From positions 1 to 24,175 of the IMG/VR virus record IMGVR_UViG_3300038406_000097: a DNA stretch of 24,175 bases. One strand, written 5' to 3'. The notes below the pieces were generated by a model. That model was not told the DNA's origin and did no database searches. It saw only the letters and a list, made by a program, of their open reading frames with translations. This stretch comes from a virus (Duplodnaviria > Caudoviricetes). Position 1 is the stretch's first letter, and every line of letters begins with the position of its first letter. Positions 24,166-24,175 of this stretch are shown piece by piece. Position numbers and translations under genes: made by a program.

Positions 24166-24175
24166 CTAGGAGGAC

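Larger units (their letters stand above)
1..24175 (+). mobile_element. Bacteriophage (probable actinophage) early/replication and DNA-modification region
   Basis: Unidirectional, overlapping small ORFs; phage-type helicase, Cas4-like exonuclease, Sak4-like ATPase, SSB, primase, PolA, HNH and RuvC; no host housekeeping context. No integrase or structural genes in the window, so free phage vs prophage cannot be decided. Confidence 0.92.

Overview
Fragment of a dsDNA phage (or prophage) genome, most likely infecting Actinobacteria. Support for that host: a DUF6221-like gene, an Rv2179c/RNase AS-like nuclease and strong GGAGG RBSs. All credible genes lie on the + strand, tightly packed with ATGA/TGATG overlaps. 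Order: a high-GC block of small accessory genes (1-1.7 kb); HTH protein, SNF2 helicase and many small Cys-rich proteins; a recombination/replication operon (Cas4/RecB-like exonuclease, Sak4/AAA_24 ATPase, DUF669-like SSB, RepB-type primase-helicase); a 7-deazaguanine DNA-modification cluster (queC, queD, queE, folE, two tandem all-alpha NTP pyrophosphatases, a TGT-fold DpdA-like protein) overlapping a UDG-fused family A DNA polymerase; then a degenerate HNH, a 3'-5' exonuclease, a small P-loop protein and a RuvC-like resolvase. Best candidate for a new system: the layout preQ0 synthesis + two pyrophosphatases + DpdA-like + polymerase, which suggests pre-replicative, Z-genome-like guanine replacement (inference). 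Intergenic regions hold several unexplained elements: tandem multi-stem structures at 11.4-11.6 kb, a multi-stem element at 8.0-8.1 kb, a ~45-bp hairpin at 5.9 kb, and a degenerate ~110-bp repeat bracketing the 21-kb module. All family calls come from motif recognition by eye; no database searches were run.
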